Shown here one piece after another: positions 25,601-38,360 of a DNA stretch of 64,000 nt (position 1 is its first letter; each line of letters starts with the position of its first letter). A program made the position numbers and the translations under genes. This DNA is from Prorocentrum cordatum. Taxonomy: Eukaryota. The stretch is taken from assembly GCA_963575745.1 (NCBI GenBank), contig CAUYUJ010000281.1, forward strand, positions 496,001 through 560,000. Direction: 5' to 3'. The notes below the pieces were generated by a model. The model was not told the origin of the DNA, ran no database searches, and worked only from the letters and a program-made list of their open reading frames with translations.

Positions 25601-26176
25601 TCGGCGTCCCGGGCTTGGTGGACGACACGGAGCGCATCGTGAAGTTGGAGGAGGACGACGGCCGTGGCAGGGCCTCTGCCGGACAGCTTCTGGCAGCGCG
25701 GCTGGCCCCTGGAGGCGGCGAGGCCGCCGAGGCGCTGGCGCCGCGCGTGAAGGCGCGGATGCGAGAGGTGAAGGTCGGGCGGCTCGTCGCCTACCAGGGC
25801 GAGGAGGCGAAGCGCTGCCGGGTGGGCAAGGTGCTGAGCCTGGCCGAGGACCTGAGCAGCGTGACGGTGCACGTGTACCAGGCGGCGGTCGACGGACGGC
25901 TGCAGGTGGTCTGGACAGCGGCGTACGACCGCCAGGAGGGCGCGGACTTCCAGCGGCAGAGAGTCGAGACGCTGGAGGCGAAGCGGGTGCTGGGTGTCGT
26001 GGAGTTCAACAAGGGCGTGCTGAACCACTCGGCGGCGAGCAGGCTGGCGCGGGCCGGCTGGCGGCTGGACGAGGGGACCGTACGGCACGGTGCCTTGGCG
26101 GCGGCGGCAGTGGCGCCGGCCGCGCCACGGCTCTCCGACCTCCCCTCGAGCCGCGTCATCGCGCTCGTCGCAGCTT
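19699..26176 (+). CDS. Polyprotein, 5' part: 2x CCCH Zn finger, aspartic protease, RT C-terminal/thumb half, RNase H, hydrolase-like/Zn region, integrase
   Basis: CCCH fingers: CFQMRDSGTCARGDACRFSH (~20014) and CLQFLRGACSKSEKDCKFSH (~20203). Protease: TLLDGGAVFS (20668). RT C-half: LLEHLLAVEGLLD..GYSMGAEK (21691). RNase H: ADFCPYGWGGSVYQL...AQSNW..GELYA...WTDHA. Integrase: HxH..GH...WPGL...CWAC, VVIDVEG, SSDRGKEF, AERSH, LRGPFEV. Confidence 0.88.
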
Positions 26177-26195
26177 CCCAGAGGAGCCTTTTCTC
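26177..26195 (+). repeat. Left TIR of DNA transposon
   Basis: cccagaggagccttttctc, preceded by TT. Confidence 0.9.
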
Positions 26196-27125
26196 GCAAA
26201 AGGCGAGAAAGCGCAAAAAGTGAGAAATTTCTTGTTTCAGCAACAAAAAATAAGAATTCTTGGTTTTTCTAGATTTGGCACAACCTAGCACAATTTTATA
26301 CATGTGATATTATATTTCGGAACACCAACACGAACAACATCAACACTTTATAAGGGGGATACACTCACAACGGAGAGCACTCATACGCATTTAGCCCGTC
26401 GGGCTGGCGGTATTTCGCGTTGTTGGAGGTATTTCGTATTTGGGCGCGTTCGATTTCTTCTCCTCCTCCTCCTCCTCCTCCTCCTCCTCCTCTCCTCCTC
26501 CTTTTTCTCCTCCTCCTCCTCCTCCTCTTCACTTCTCTTCTCTTCTCTTCTCCTCCTCCTCCTCCTCCTCCTCCTGCTCCGCCCGCCGCGGAGCCTCGTG
26601 TGGAGCGAGCTACGCCGTAGCGGCGCGGCCTCCCCGAGCGGGCCACCCGTGGCCCCGATTCGCGGCGCTGCGCAATGACGAGCCAGGCGCGCGTCCTCGT
26701 CGTTGTCGTCGTCCTCGTGTTCCTTTCCTCCACCCCTCCTCCTCCTCCTACTCCTCCTCCTCCTCCTCCCCCTCCTCCTCCTCCTCCGCCTGTTACCCGC
26801 AGGCATCGGCGGCGGCGCCCCCGCTGGGCACTGACGGCGAGCAGACCAGGATTGACACTCAGGACCGCAGGGGTCTACCATACCACCTCGCACTTGTTTG
26901 AGAGATAGGGTGGAGAGGTATCGTCGCCTCGCCGCCATCTCTCAGACGAGTGCGAGGTGGTATGGTGGACCTCTGACTCGAAGGAGTTCCTAGGCACGAC
27001 GCAGTTCGACTGGGACGAGGTGCAGGGCGTGATCCCCATCGACTCGTCGTCGGACTCGGCGGAGGAGGAGGGGGGGGACGACGACGAGGAGGACGAGGAG
27101 GAGGAGGGGGAGGAGAGGGGAGGAG

Positions 27126-27160
<35 letters not shown>

Positions 27161-27865
27161 GGAGGAGGAGGAGGGAGGAAGAGAAGGGAGGAGGGCGGAG
27201 GGAGGACGAGGAGGAACGACAAAAAAAAGCCGAGGACAGCCCTGGCGGCCGAACCGTACCTGGTAATCCAGAGGCAGCTGGGGCAGCAGAGGCAGGAGCT
27301 GAGGCAGCTGGGGGAGCAGCTGAGGAAGCTGGTCCAGCTGCTGAACCAGCGAAGGACAGCGGCTTCTGCTCTCTAGTTGCTGCTTCTGGTCCTCACCCGA
27401 TCCCTCAAACGCATCCTCATCACCCCATTCCTTTTCATATCCTCTTGATCCTCTCGATCCTCCACTTAACGCCTCCCTCTCATCCCCGATCGTCTTTATT
27501 CTTACTCCTCCCCCTTTCATCCCTCCCGCTCCTCCCCCTTCCAACTCCGCATTCCTCTCACGTCCCACTCCCTCGTTCCTTTTTTCGTCCTCCCTCCCCT
27601 CGTCCTACGGGGGGGGGCATGCAAAGAAACGCGTTGTTTCCTTTCGGGGTACCTTGGGTTTCTTGGGTTGCGATTGCTTCTCCGACGGAACCCTCGCATG
27701 CCACAAATTAGTGAACCTCTTGGGGTCTCATTGCTTTTCTTGTGGAAGGTTTCTTGTGGCCAAGCTCTTGCCAACCCACGACCCTCCTCATCCAATTCCT
27801 CCGTCCACGTCCGTGGCCATCCGTAGCCATGCTGGCTTGCAGCGCGAGTCTTGGTCGCACCCGAG

Positions 27866-29638
27866 ATGGCGCCGACGGAGCCGCTCAAGAAGGCGCTGAT
27901 CCCATATGCCACGAAAGTTTCGTTCTGCAGATACAACCACGACGGTGGCATCCAGCGGAGAAAGATCGAGAGCCAGGCGACGATGCTCATCAGCATCTCC
28001 AAGGCTCTCCCCTATTAGTCTACAGTAGAGAACTATATACGCCACGCCACCTACCCGCCACCTACCCGCCACCTACCCGCCATCTACCCGTCACCTACCC
28101 GCCACCTACCCGCCACATACCAGACACCTCCTCCTCCCCGTCCTCCCCCTCCTCCCCCTTCTCCTCCTCCTCCTACTCCTACTCCCCCTCCTCCCCCTCC
28201 TCCTCCCCCTCCTCCTCCTCCTCCCCCTCCGCTCCCGAGCAACCGGTTCCAATTCTCCTCCTCCTTCTCCGGGAGGAAGAGAGGAAAAGGGAGAAGAGGA
28301 GGAGGAGGAGGAGGAGGGTAATCGCTAGTTCCTTGCGTACAGGCTGTCCCCTCGCTGAGCATCAGCAAGAAGACGTGGGAGACCACCTTGACGCGTCTCG
28401 CGGAGTCGGCGGTTTTTTTCGACTCCCAAGTGGAACAGGACGACTGGGTCAATGAGATGACCAAGCGCTTCCGCAAGATCGTTCGCCACGTGAAGATCTA
28501 TCGGACGAAGCAGGCGGTCCAGAAGGCGCCTGCGTGGTTCACCGAGCTTGGCTTCGACCCGCCTCCGCCTGCAGTGCAAAAACGCCCTGCGGCAGCAAAG
28601 GGCGACGAGGAGGAGGAGGACTACGACGACGAGGAAGAAGAAGAAGAGTCGGACGCTGACGACGAGGAGGAAGTAGATGAGGCTGCCGATTCCCAGGCTT
28701 CGAAGGCTTCGTCGCTGCCTCCGCTGCAGTCGCCGCCGAAGGCCCCCCAAAAGATGCCCGACATTGAGCCCGACGATCATAACTACGTGTGCGGCTTCGA
28801 CCCGCAGCTTGGCGCAGCTTTTCGCTATCAAGCAGATAAAAAGCCGTCGACCCACGCTGAGTGGTGCATTGCCATGGAAGTGCCAGAGAACGCATCAGAC
28901 ACCGACCCGATGAACGCCCGCTTCCAAGATGGCTCTGCGAAAGCGATCTTCTCGATCACGGTTGGTATCTACAAGACCATGCACCCGACAGGACCCAAAG
29001 CGAAAGCAAAAGCAGGAGCTAAGGCCAGCGGCCCGCCCAAGGCGAAGCCGTCGGCTGGGCCGCCTCCCGCACCGCCGCCTGCTGGGCCGCCTCCCGCACC
29101 GCCCGAGCATGAGGCATCGACTAGCACCGAGCCTTTCGAAGGCAAGAGAGATAACATCAGGGTTTGGGTCATCGCCAGGACCGACCAGCAGCCGCAGAAG
29201 GAGGCAGACCGATTGATTTGCATAAAGTGGAGTCAGAAGCCCCCGCAGCTGATTCAGGTCAACATCAAGATCTTCGACAGCAAAGGGGGTTCAGCCGAGG
29301 CCAACGAGTCCCTCGCAATCAAGTGGTGCAACGGGGTTGCGGACCGCTTCTGCAAGGGCGAGCTTTCGAAGGACGACATCACGACGGAGAAGGCCAAGCT
29401 CCTGGCCGAATACGGCTTCACGGGCAAGAAGTTCGGCGCTCTGAAGCGGCCTGCTTCAGCGATTGCTCCGTCGCCACCAGCTCCGCCGAAGGCTTCTGAG
29501 GGCGCCGAGGCGCCGCCACCACCTCCGCCGAAAGCTACAGGGACCGAGGCGCCGAGCACGCCCCCCAGGCCCAAGACTAAGGCAAAGGCCACTCCTCACG
29601 CTCCAATTCCGCCACCGCCAAGCAGCGACGACGACTAG
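27866..29638 (+). CDS. Transposon accessory gene A, unknown function, join(27866..28003,28343..29638), ~477 aa, acidic and Pro/Lys-rich
   Basis: Exon 1 (MAPTEPLKKALIPYATKVSFCRYNHDGG...ISISK) splices in phase 0 through a GC..AG intron onto AVPSLSISKKTWETT, in frame with ORF 28388..29638. Codon usage is GC3-rich. Confidence 0.7.
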
Positions 29639-30110
29639 GCTTCGAGATCAGTGCCTGCGGAGAAAACATGTGTCGCCAATCCACCATCGCATGTGAAACA
29701 CTGGAGGCTGATTTTGAGGAGGGATAGGAGGAGGAGGAGCAGGAGGAGGAGCACGCACTTCCATTTAGCGGGGCACGCATTTTCTTGTTTATCATCATCC
29801 TGGCGTCTCCTGGTCAGCCTGGACTTGACATTGATATGAACATTCGAGTGTCCAGGCCCTCCCCCGCACGCGCACACAGATGCACACACGCGCGCACACA
29901 CACACGCACGCTCACACACACATACACACACACGCATGCGCGCACGCACACGCTCGAACACGCACGCGCACACGCACACGCAATCGCACGCGCACACACA
30001 CACACACACGCACACGCGCGCATGGACTCACCCACACACATACACAGATGCGGATGTGTGTATATAGATATGTGTATACAGATACACACACATATATATA
30101 ACTAAATTTC

Positions 30111-30333
30111 ACAACGTGATGCGTTGATTCCACACGATCTTACACTGAAAGCTCCAGAAACGAAAATCGACCATTTTGGACTGAAAATGGTCGGTTTCTC
30201 TGGCGACCGAAAACCGACCCAATTGGACTGAAATGGTTCGGTTTCTCTGGCGGCCCGTTCAGGGAACATGAAAGTCGAGGCGAGGCTGGATGAGACAACT
30301 GCCATTGCGAAAACCATCTAGCAAGCTCTGACT
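30111..30333. repeat. ~225-bp dispersed repeat, copy 1 (copy 2 at 33737..33965)
   Basis: Near-identical gttgattccac.cgatcttacact...gaaaaccatctagcaag.tctgact in both copies. Each copy is embedded in microsatellite. Confidence 0.9.
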
Positions 30334-30941
30334 GCACATATCACAGTGTATATATATATATATATATATGCAGATGTGCATGTGTATGCACAAATATAAT
30401 GATACATACACACGCGCGCGTGCAAACACGTTTACACACGCACGCGCACGCGCGCACGCGCGCACATATTATACGCTGGTGGGAGGGCGTGTGCGTGAGA
30501 GAGAGAGATTGTGTGTGTGCGTGCGTGCCCTGTTCCGCCGCTACTGGTCTCGCTTGCCCCGCCGTGCCAGGACGACTTCGCTAAAGCTCTCGAGGCGGAG
30601 CTCGACCAGCAGCAGAGCGTGACCTCCGAGACACGGAACAACATCGCGGACGCGCCTTTCCGTTTTGTTTCCGTCGTTCGGGGGGGGGGGGTGATCACGG
30701 CACCTCCCGCTCCTCCACCCCTACTGGCCCTCCTCCTCCTCCCCCTCCTCCTCCCTTTCCTCCTCCCCCTCCCCCTCCTCCGTGCTGGCCACGCCCCTCC
30801 TTATTGGTCTGATCCCTGGCCCCTGCCATCGTCCTCATTCCACTCACGTGCACCTCCTCCTTTTTTGATCAGAACGGGCAGCTTCGCAGCGATTGGGGGA
30901 TCGAGGAAGGCTGGACTTGTCGAGGAGGATCGGGCCCATAG

Positions 30942-32358
30942 GGCGAGGCACTGGAGAAAATATGCGGCCATCAGTGCATCAAGGCCACGGAGCCCGACTG
31001 GGAGGCTTCGTTGATGCAGTACTTCGTCGACTCCAGGGGCGCCGAGACGCCGCTCGAGGGTGACCCCCAGCTGGGCGAGGAGTTCGCGGCCGAGATGGCC
31101 AAGTTGGCTGACCCTGCTCTGGGCGAGGCGGCGAGGACCAACTTCACCAACGTGACCATGCAGAACCCCCTCGGCAAGCGCTTCTACCTCTGGTTGCTGA
31201 ATTGTGCCGACCGCAAGGCGAGGTACGACTCCATGCATGCGGACGACAAGAAGAAGTGGCGGACGGAGTGGCTCACCGAGAAGTACCAGCAGCTGGAGGA
31301 GCGCGCGTGACCTAATCACTGCCCCATTCTGCCTCCTCATTATCCTCCTCCTCCCTCTCCCCCTCCTCCTTCCCACTCCTCCTCCTCCTCTTCCTCCTCC
31401 CTCCTCCTCCCTCCTCCTCTTCCTGTTCCTCCTCCTCCTCCGATCCTCCTCCACCATTTTTTACCATCTGCAGGAGAGCAGGTCGAAACTTCGAGAGCAT
31501 ATCTACGATGATTCGACGTGCGGAGAGTGGATGAACTTCGACATGTTGGTCGCCGCGGAGGGCGGCATGAGCCTCAACCCGAGGGCTGTGATTGCAGGCG
31601 CGATGAACATCGCAAAAACGTGCATCTCAGCGGGTCCGAACCGCTGCCGCATCAACAAGGACTCGAAGCGCATCGAGTTCCGCCGCTTCAGGGGCGTGGA
31701 CTGCAAGGGCAAGCGGACGACCTACGGGCGCCTGACGGAGGAGAACAACAAGAACAGCTCCAGCAGCGCGGCGGGTGCCGCTGAAGAGCCCGAGACGCCC
31801 GCGAAAGAGCCCGCTGTCGCAGCTGGTGCACAGCGTGCAGCTGCATCGCCTGCAGCTGCAGTTCAGAAGAATGGTGGTGCTGCTCCCAGCGGCAGGTCTA
31901 CGCCGACCAAGGCCGTTCCCAAGGGCAAGGCGAAGGGCAAGGCGAAGGGCAAGGCGAAGGGCAAGGTAACCAGAAACGGCAAGGCGACCGTCGTGACGGA
32001 GCAGGCCGTCTTGAAGAGGTCTCGGGAGATTTCATCGTTGCACGCCCAGGCCATGAACAAGTCGAAGTCCATGTTGAAGAGGATCACGGATGAGGAGCCT
32101 GAACTCAAGTGGGCAAAGAGCGACCGCTTCTCGGGCAAGCTCGAGCGCGCGATGAGCCGCTTGACGGAGTACGTGGCTAGCGACGAGGCGCTGCGCTCCA
32201 TGCTCGTCGACGGAGAGGACTTCGACATCGACAACCAGGACTTGAACTCCAGCATCTCTAAGTTCAACGAGGTCGAGACGAAGGTCGAGGCGGTCAAGTC
32301 GATCGTGGATCGCATCAAGACGCTCAGCGAGGAGGACGGGCCGTCGCAGAGCCAGTGA
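30942..32358 (+). CDS. Transposon accessory gene B, unknown function, join(<30942..31298,31474..32358); 5' exon(s) uncertain (possible exon ~30571..30650)
   Basis: ORF 31011..31310 (…KKKWRTEWLTEKYQQLE) joins in phase 0 through a GA..AG intron to ESRSKLREHIYDDSTCGEWMNFDMLVAAEGG… in ORF 31204..32358. The protein has KGKA repeats and a C-terminal coiled coil. Confidence 0.65.
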
Positions 32359-33736
32359 TCCGAGGCAGCTGGTGGAGAACCTGGTGCACGAGATGCTCCT
32401 CGTGCTGATCCTGGCGCGCTGTTGCGAGCGCCCACTTTTTCTTGAGAAGCGCTCCCGAGGGAGCGCGAGGGACAGTGCAAGCATCGCTTGCGCGTCGGCT
32501 GCGTGTCTGGGGGCGGCTAGCGCAAAAACTCGGAAACGTATCCGATCCTCACTCCTCCTTGCTTAGCCCACCTGTCCCTGCCACCTCTGCCGCCTCGCCC
32601 CCACCTCCTATACCCGCCACCTACCCGCCACTTACCCGCTACATACCCGCCACCTACCCGCTCGACCCTGTCCATTATCAGTGTTTGAATGAATTTTCTT
32701 GCAACTGATCACGAATCGAACGCGAATGGACGGCAGGGAGGTGGCGGGCATGTGGCGGGTAGGTGGCGGGTAGGTCGCGGGTAGGTCACGGGTAGGTCAC
32801 GGGTAGGTCGCGGGTAGGTCGCGGGTAGGTCGCGGGTAGGTCGCGGGTAGGTCGCGGGTAGGCGGGGCTCCGGTTCGATACATCCTCACAACCTGGGGGG
32901 CCCAGGAGCCGGGTAGGTGCCGGGAAGGTGCCGGGTAGGTTCCGGGGAGGTGCCGGGTAGGTTCCGGGGAGGCGCAGAGGGCGGCTCGAAAGTGCTCAGG
33001 CGCGCTCTCCATGAGCCTCGCGCTGTGCCCTTTCCTACAATTTACTCTTCCCCTCCTTCTCATCATCTCCCTCCGCCCTTTCCTTCATCCAGTCCTGCTC
33101 CTCTTTCTCCACTCTCTCACCGCCCCCGTGCAATTCTCGTGGGGGCAGGGCCAACTCATTGCTCGAAATCTCGCTGGCCGAGGGCTGGCTGCCCACGGGG
33201 TGGGCGACAGATCAGGGGTTTGCTAATCCTTATCCCTCCCTTCCCTCCCCCTCCCACTCTCTCTCCCCCTCTTGCTCGGAAGTGGCGGGGAGACAGCTGG
33301 TGTGCGTGTGTGCTCGCGCGCGCGCGTGTGCAGCGGAGGACTCGCCACCTCTCCCGACCCTCCGACCCTCCCCTCCCGCCGCCGCCGCTGGCCCGCCGCC
33401 TCCTGATCGCCCCGTCGCCGACGCCCGTCGACGCATCCAAGTACCAGGACTCGCGAGCTTGCCCCGCCGCGCCTCTCCTCCTGCTCATCATCCTTATTAT
33501 TTTCCTGGACAGGGTACACCCCGCCGCTTCGGACCTTGGGAGGCTGTAGCAACAGCGCCAGCAGCAGCAGCAGCGGGCGCAGCAGCAGCACCAGCATCAG
33601 CAACAGCAGCAGCAGCACCAGCAGGAGCAGCAGCAAAATGTAGAAGCAGCAGGAGGAGGAGTATGAGTAGAAGTAGAAGCATGTCTACTATTACTACACG
33701 AGCATCGTTGCTACGAGCACGGGCACCAAAATGATT

Positions 33737-33965
33737 ACAACGTACACCTGAACGGGATGTGTTGATTCCACGCGATCTTACACTAAAAGCTCCGAAAACC
33801 GACCATTTTGGACTGGAAATGGTCGGTTTCTCTGGCGGCCGAAAACCGACCCAATTGGACTGAAATGGGTCGGTTTCTCTGGCGGCCCGTTCAGGGAACA
33901 TGAAAGTCGAGACGAGGCTGGATGAGACAACTGCCATTGCGAAAACCATCTAGCAAGATCTGACT
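33737..33965. repeat. ~225-bp dispersed repeat, copy 2
   Basis: Matches 30111..30333 in the same orientation. Confidence 0.9.
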
Positions 33966-35157
33966 ATAACTACAACATCCTCTATCACTACTACCACCAC
34001 TCATGCTGAACATAAAAAACTAATGATCATAACAGTATGTCTGCTGCTACTACTACTACTACTTGTCTCAACCCCCTCTGTCTTGGCTGAATCGCACGGT
34101 ATGGCAACCTCCCTTGGCTTGACTGAATCCCAAGATGTGGCAGCCCCACATTTCTTGACGGAATCGCAAGGTGTGGCAGACCCACTTGTCCTGGCTGAAT
34201 CGCAAGGTGTGGCAACCTCCCTTACAACAACAACACCACCACCACCAACAACTACTACTACTACTGCTACCACTGCCACTACCACTAATACTGCTGTCGC
34301 TGCTACTATTACTTCTACGACAATAAATACGTCTGCTACCCTACTACTAACAATAATATTACAACTGCTGCTACGTCTACTTCTACGACAGCTACTACTG
34401 CCTACCGAGTTCCTATTACCTATTCCTACTATCTCGATTATCTAGTAACCACTACATACTCCGTACTACATACTGCCTACTACATCGGACCTACTCATAT
34501 GCATCAGCACAATCTATACGTACCACCACCTACCTACTTCATACTACGCATTGTCATATACTTTGTTCGGTTATCTACTATGTACTACTTCTTCTAGTAA
34601 TATTACTACGGTGCCACTACCACTACCACTACTACTACTACTGGTACTGCTTCTGCTATTGCTACTGCTACTGCTACTGCTACCAGCAACGCAAGAAGGA
34701 GGAGCAGGCAGCGGACCAACAGGTTTGAACAAGATCGAAGGTGGCATAAGCCCATTCCTTCCTCCTATATACTGGGGGCGGCAACGATATATGTTGAGGA
34801 TGATGAGGACGATGAGGTGTATAACCACACGTCAATAAAACAAAAAAACGGTAGTGGAGCACGAGGTAGAGGAGGAGGAAGAAAAGGGTAAGAGGAGCGG
34901 CGAAGTTCCCGCTGCAGCGCTGGCCTCATTTACAAGTACTCACGATGAATACTACTCTCCTCTGTGGCATCAGTTTAAAAACCTGGGTGCCCCCATCCAG
35001 TGCAATTGCGTGATGTTCATTGCAAACAGATTCCATGTGCAAAGGGTGTTTGCGTGCCCTCATATCCTCTCACCCCTTCCCTTTCCATCATCCTGCTCAT
35101 TCCCCCCATCTCCTCATGCCCGCAGCCATTTTCGCTCGAGTGTCATTCGGCGTCTGT

Positions 35158-37519
35158 ATGGCGCCAAAGCATAAGCGGCGTCGTCGGTACGTATCCAGGT
35201 CACCCGTCAGACGGCACTCGTGGGAATCATTTGCCGACCAGGATGATGTGGATGCACGGAGACAGGCTGGTCTTAAACTGGAGGGCGTGTTGCTCACGCT
35301 GTATGCTTGTGGGAAACTTGACGCAAAAACGTTGTGTACGTTGTGTTACTGGTGTAAGGAAGCTGGATGTCGATCCGATAACATTAAGAAGTATGCAGTC
35401 GAGCCAAACCGTTCGTCTACTGGCGCGTACAAAAAGCATCTTGACACAGTGCTTCCAAAGCCAGAGAACGCCCCCGCCCTTCACGTACTGTCCGTGCCAA
35501 TGTGGATTCGGAACAGAAGGTGCACAAAACATGTATTGATTGCGCCTCCTCACGAGCTGCTCGAGGCGGAAATTGAAAACGGTGGCGTTGCACAATTTGA
35601 TGCGGGACTTCATGAATGGACCCTTGAATACCAACATCATCCACATCGTCATCGAGACAACGACGACAGGATTGTGTACCCAACCGCGTTGTATCTTGAC
35701 GGAATCAAATTCAATAGGCCTGTTGGGCCACGAGCAGAGAGCCTCATCGCGATCACCATCTACAACCTCCAGACAGGCAAGCGCCACCTGGTCGTTACTC
35801 TAGCTAAGAAGGAGCTTTGCAGATGTGGCTGCGGTAACTGGTGTTCCTTGGCGGTGATCTACGAGTACATCAGTTGGAGCCTGACCTTAGCAGCATCTGG
35901 CGAGCGTTCGCCGACTCGCTGGGACCAGAAGGCCTTTCCAGACGATTCGGTGTATGGACAACTTGCTCGGGACAAACCTCGTTTGGCGTCCAGGTTCATT
36001 CTGTGTCGGGTCAAAGGCGATTGGGAAGCCTATTGTAACCTACTGGGCTTCCCAACGTGGTCCGCGTATCACGTGCCGTGCTTGTGGTGCCCGACGAGCA
36101 AGGCCGATATGCACAGGCTCCCATGTTCAAAACACGGGTATTAATGCAGATCAATAATCATAATTCGGCAAACCCTCCTCCAATTAGGCAAAGGGTAGTG
36201 GGGATGTTAACATCCCCACTACCCTTTGCCTACAAAAATAACACAATATCAGCCGTCCTCACTCGTCTACTCCTCCTCTCGCCCTCCCCGTCCTCTCGGT
36301 TCTCCGGGTGAGAAACATTATCTTTCACCCCCGCACCATTCCTCCTCATCCCTCTCGTCCTCCTCCTCATTCCCCTCATCGTCCTCTTCCTCGTCCTCCT
36401 CCTCTTTTTCTTTGTGAGCAAACCTGCAGGTTCGGTGGCATAACTTTGTGTGGGCATTGCTGGGGGAGCCACGAGTTATCGTACGACGACGCCTGCAAAC
36501 GGTGCGAACGCACTGTGGTGATAGAGGACGAGGCAATGCGGCAGAAGATTCTGACGCAGGGCTTGTTGCATTTTGACAAAAGCAAAAAATCTAAGGGATG
36601 CCTTCTTGGGGGAGATGTGCCAAATGTGGACCCCCCCCTCAAACGGTTCGACAGACTCGAGCCCTCGAAGGACCTCGTGGACATAGCAGAGTTTTGGAGC
36701 AAGCAACTGCCCTTCACGTGCGTCTTCTGGAGGCGCAACGTTGACAATCGCAGGAGACTTCTTGACAGGGTGCATCACAGAAATCCGTTGTTTTCCGTTG
36801 GTGTCGGCGTTTCCGAAGACATCCTTCATTGCGATACATTGCACTGCCTCTACTTGGGGGTTTGTCAATTTTTCGTGCACGCTGTCATTTGGGCCTCAAT
36901 CAATTCAAACATATGGCAAATAGAAGGTGGCATGGGGGATCGCATCGAGTGGTCAGTGCGCAGGTTGTTCAATGATTACAAATGTTGGTGCAGCGATAAC
37001 GACATTCCTTTGAGCTATCAGCTTTCAGACTTGACTCCTGGCATGATATCGACTCCAGATAGGCCGACTATGAAAACCAAGGGGGCCGAAACAGGCGTCA
37101 TGGTGCGGTGGGCGACGCATTTTGCAGGCATGTTCGCCGACCAGTTTGACAACGCCCGCGAGCTGCACGCAGCTGGCGACGCCCTCGTTCAGTATCTGCA
37201 GATAATACGAGACACGCCGAGGGAAGTGCCATTCGCCACTCGGCATTATTTGCTCGACCTTTGCCTTCGGCACCTCGTGATAATGAATGACCTTGGGCTC
37301 TCTTTGCAGCCGAAATCTCACCAGTTTGTCCACTTGACCCTCGCCATCGGGGTCAAGGGCAACCCAAAATATTATTCAACGTTTCACGACGAGAGTTTGA
37401 ATTTGATTCTGGCTGGAATCGCGTCATCTTCTCACCGAGCAACCTGGGAAAAAACGATTTTTCAGCGGGTGCATCTTTTGCCCTTGGTCCAGAAGAATTC
37501 TAGCTTTGCGGCGATGTAG
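35158..37519 (+). CDS. CACTA/CMC-type DDE transposase, join(35158..36116,36430..37519), ~682 aa
   Basis: Motifs: LYLDGIKF (D), CRCGCGNWCS, VKGDW (D), CLWC, CDTLHCLYLGV, KTKGAET, PKSHQFVH, TFHDESLN (E). A phase-2 GC..AG intron at 36117..36429 joins the two ORFs (MHR|FGG). There are no internal stops. Confidence 0.85.
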
Positions 37520-38360
37520 CTGCGGCAGCTCCTGCTTCCTCCAACCCTCCTCCACGGTAATCAGACCACCCAGGCCCTCCAGCCCCTGCTCCGCATCCTC
37601 CTCCCTTTTCTCCTCTCTCCCCTCATCCCATCCTTCTTCTCCCCCTCTCACCCTCGCGCAATCGCCCCACTCCCCTCAGTTAACGCTCCCAACCCAAATC
37701 GGCGCCTGGGAGGCGCAATGGCGTCTGCACAATTGCATGACAGCGATTGCACTTGCGGTGATCTGAGCGGAAAAAAAAAACAACAAAAACATGTTGTCAC
37801 ATATGTTCTAGAATTGCCGTTGATGCTGCTTCGAGGCGCCGACCCCTCCCCCATCTGCCCGACGCCTACAGCCTACAGCTTACCCGCCACCGCCACCCAA
37901 GTCCCACGGCGATGGGCATCGTATGCTTGCCTCCGCTTTCGGATCTGGGGAGCTGCTGGATTTATAAACCCGTGCGTGTGTGGTGAGATCGGAGGAGCAA
38001 CTATTGTTACGTGATCCCGCTCATTCGTCCCGCCCGTGTCTCTATAGGCCCTTTTTGGCGCACCCCTCACGCGGTGCATATGCGGAGCTCTGCCGAAGGC
38101 CCCAGCGGCAGGAATTGGCATACCCCTCAAACGGATCGTGAGAGCCTCACCAAGCGTGTTTCGTTTGGCGCACACCTCACACGGTTCTGGCCCGACGATC
38201 GTTTGGCACACCCCTCGCACGTCAAACCCTCTCTCTCACTACTCATAGCACTGCCAGTCGCAACTGTAGCCGAGATGCCCGAGTCGAAGCGGCCACGCAT
38301 ATTGACCGAGTCATCCTTTCGCAACTACACGGATGCGGACCCTTGTGATGTGACTTCCGC

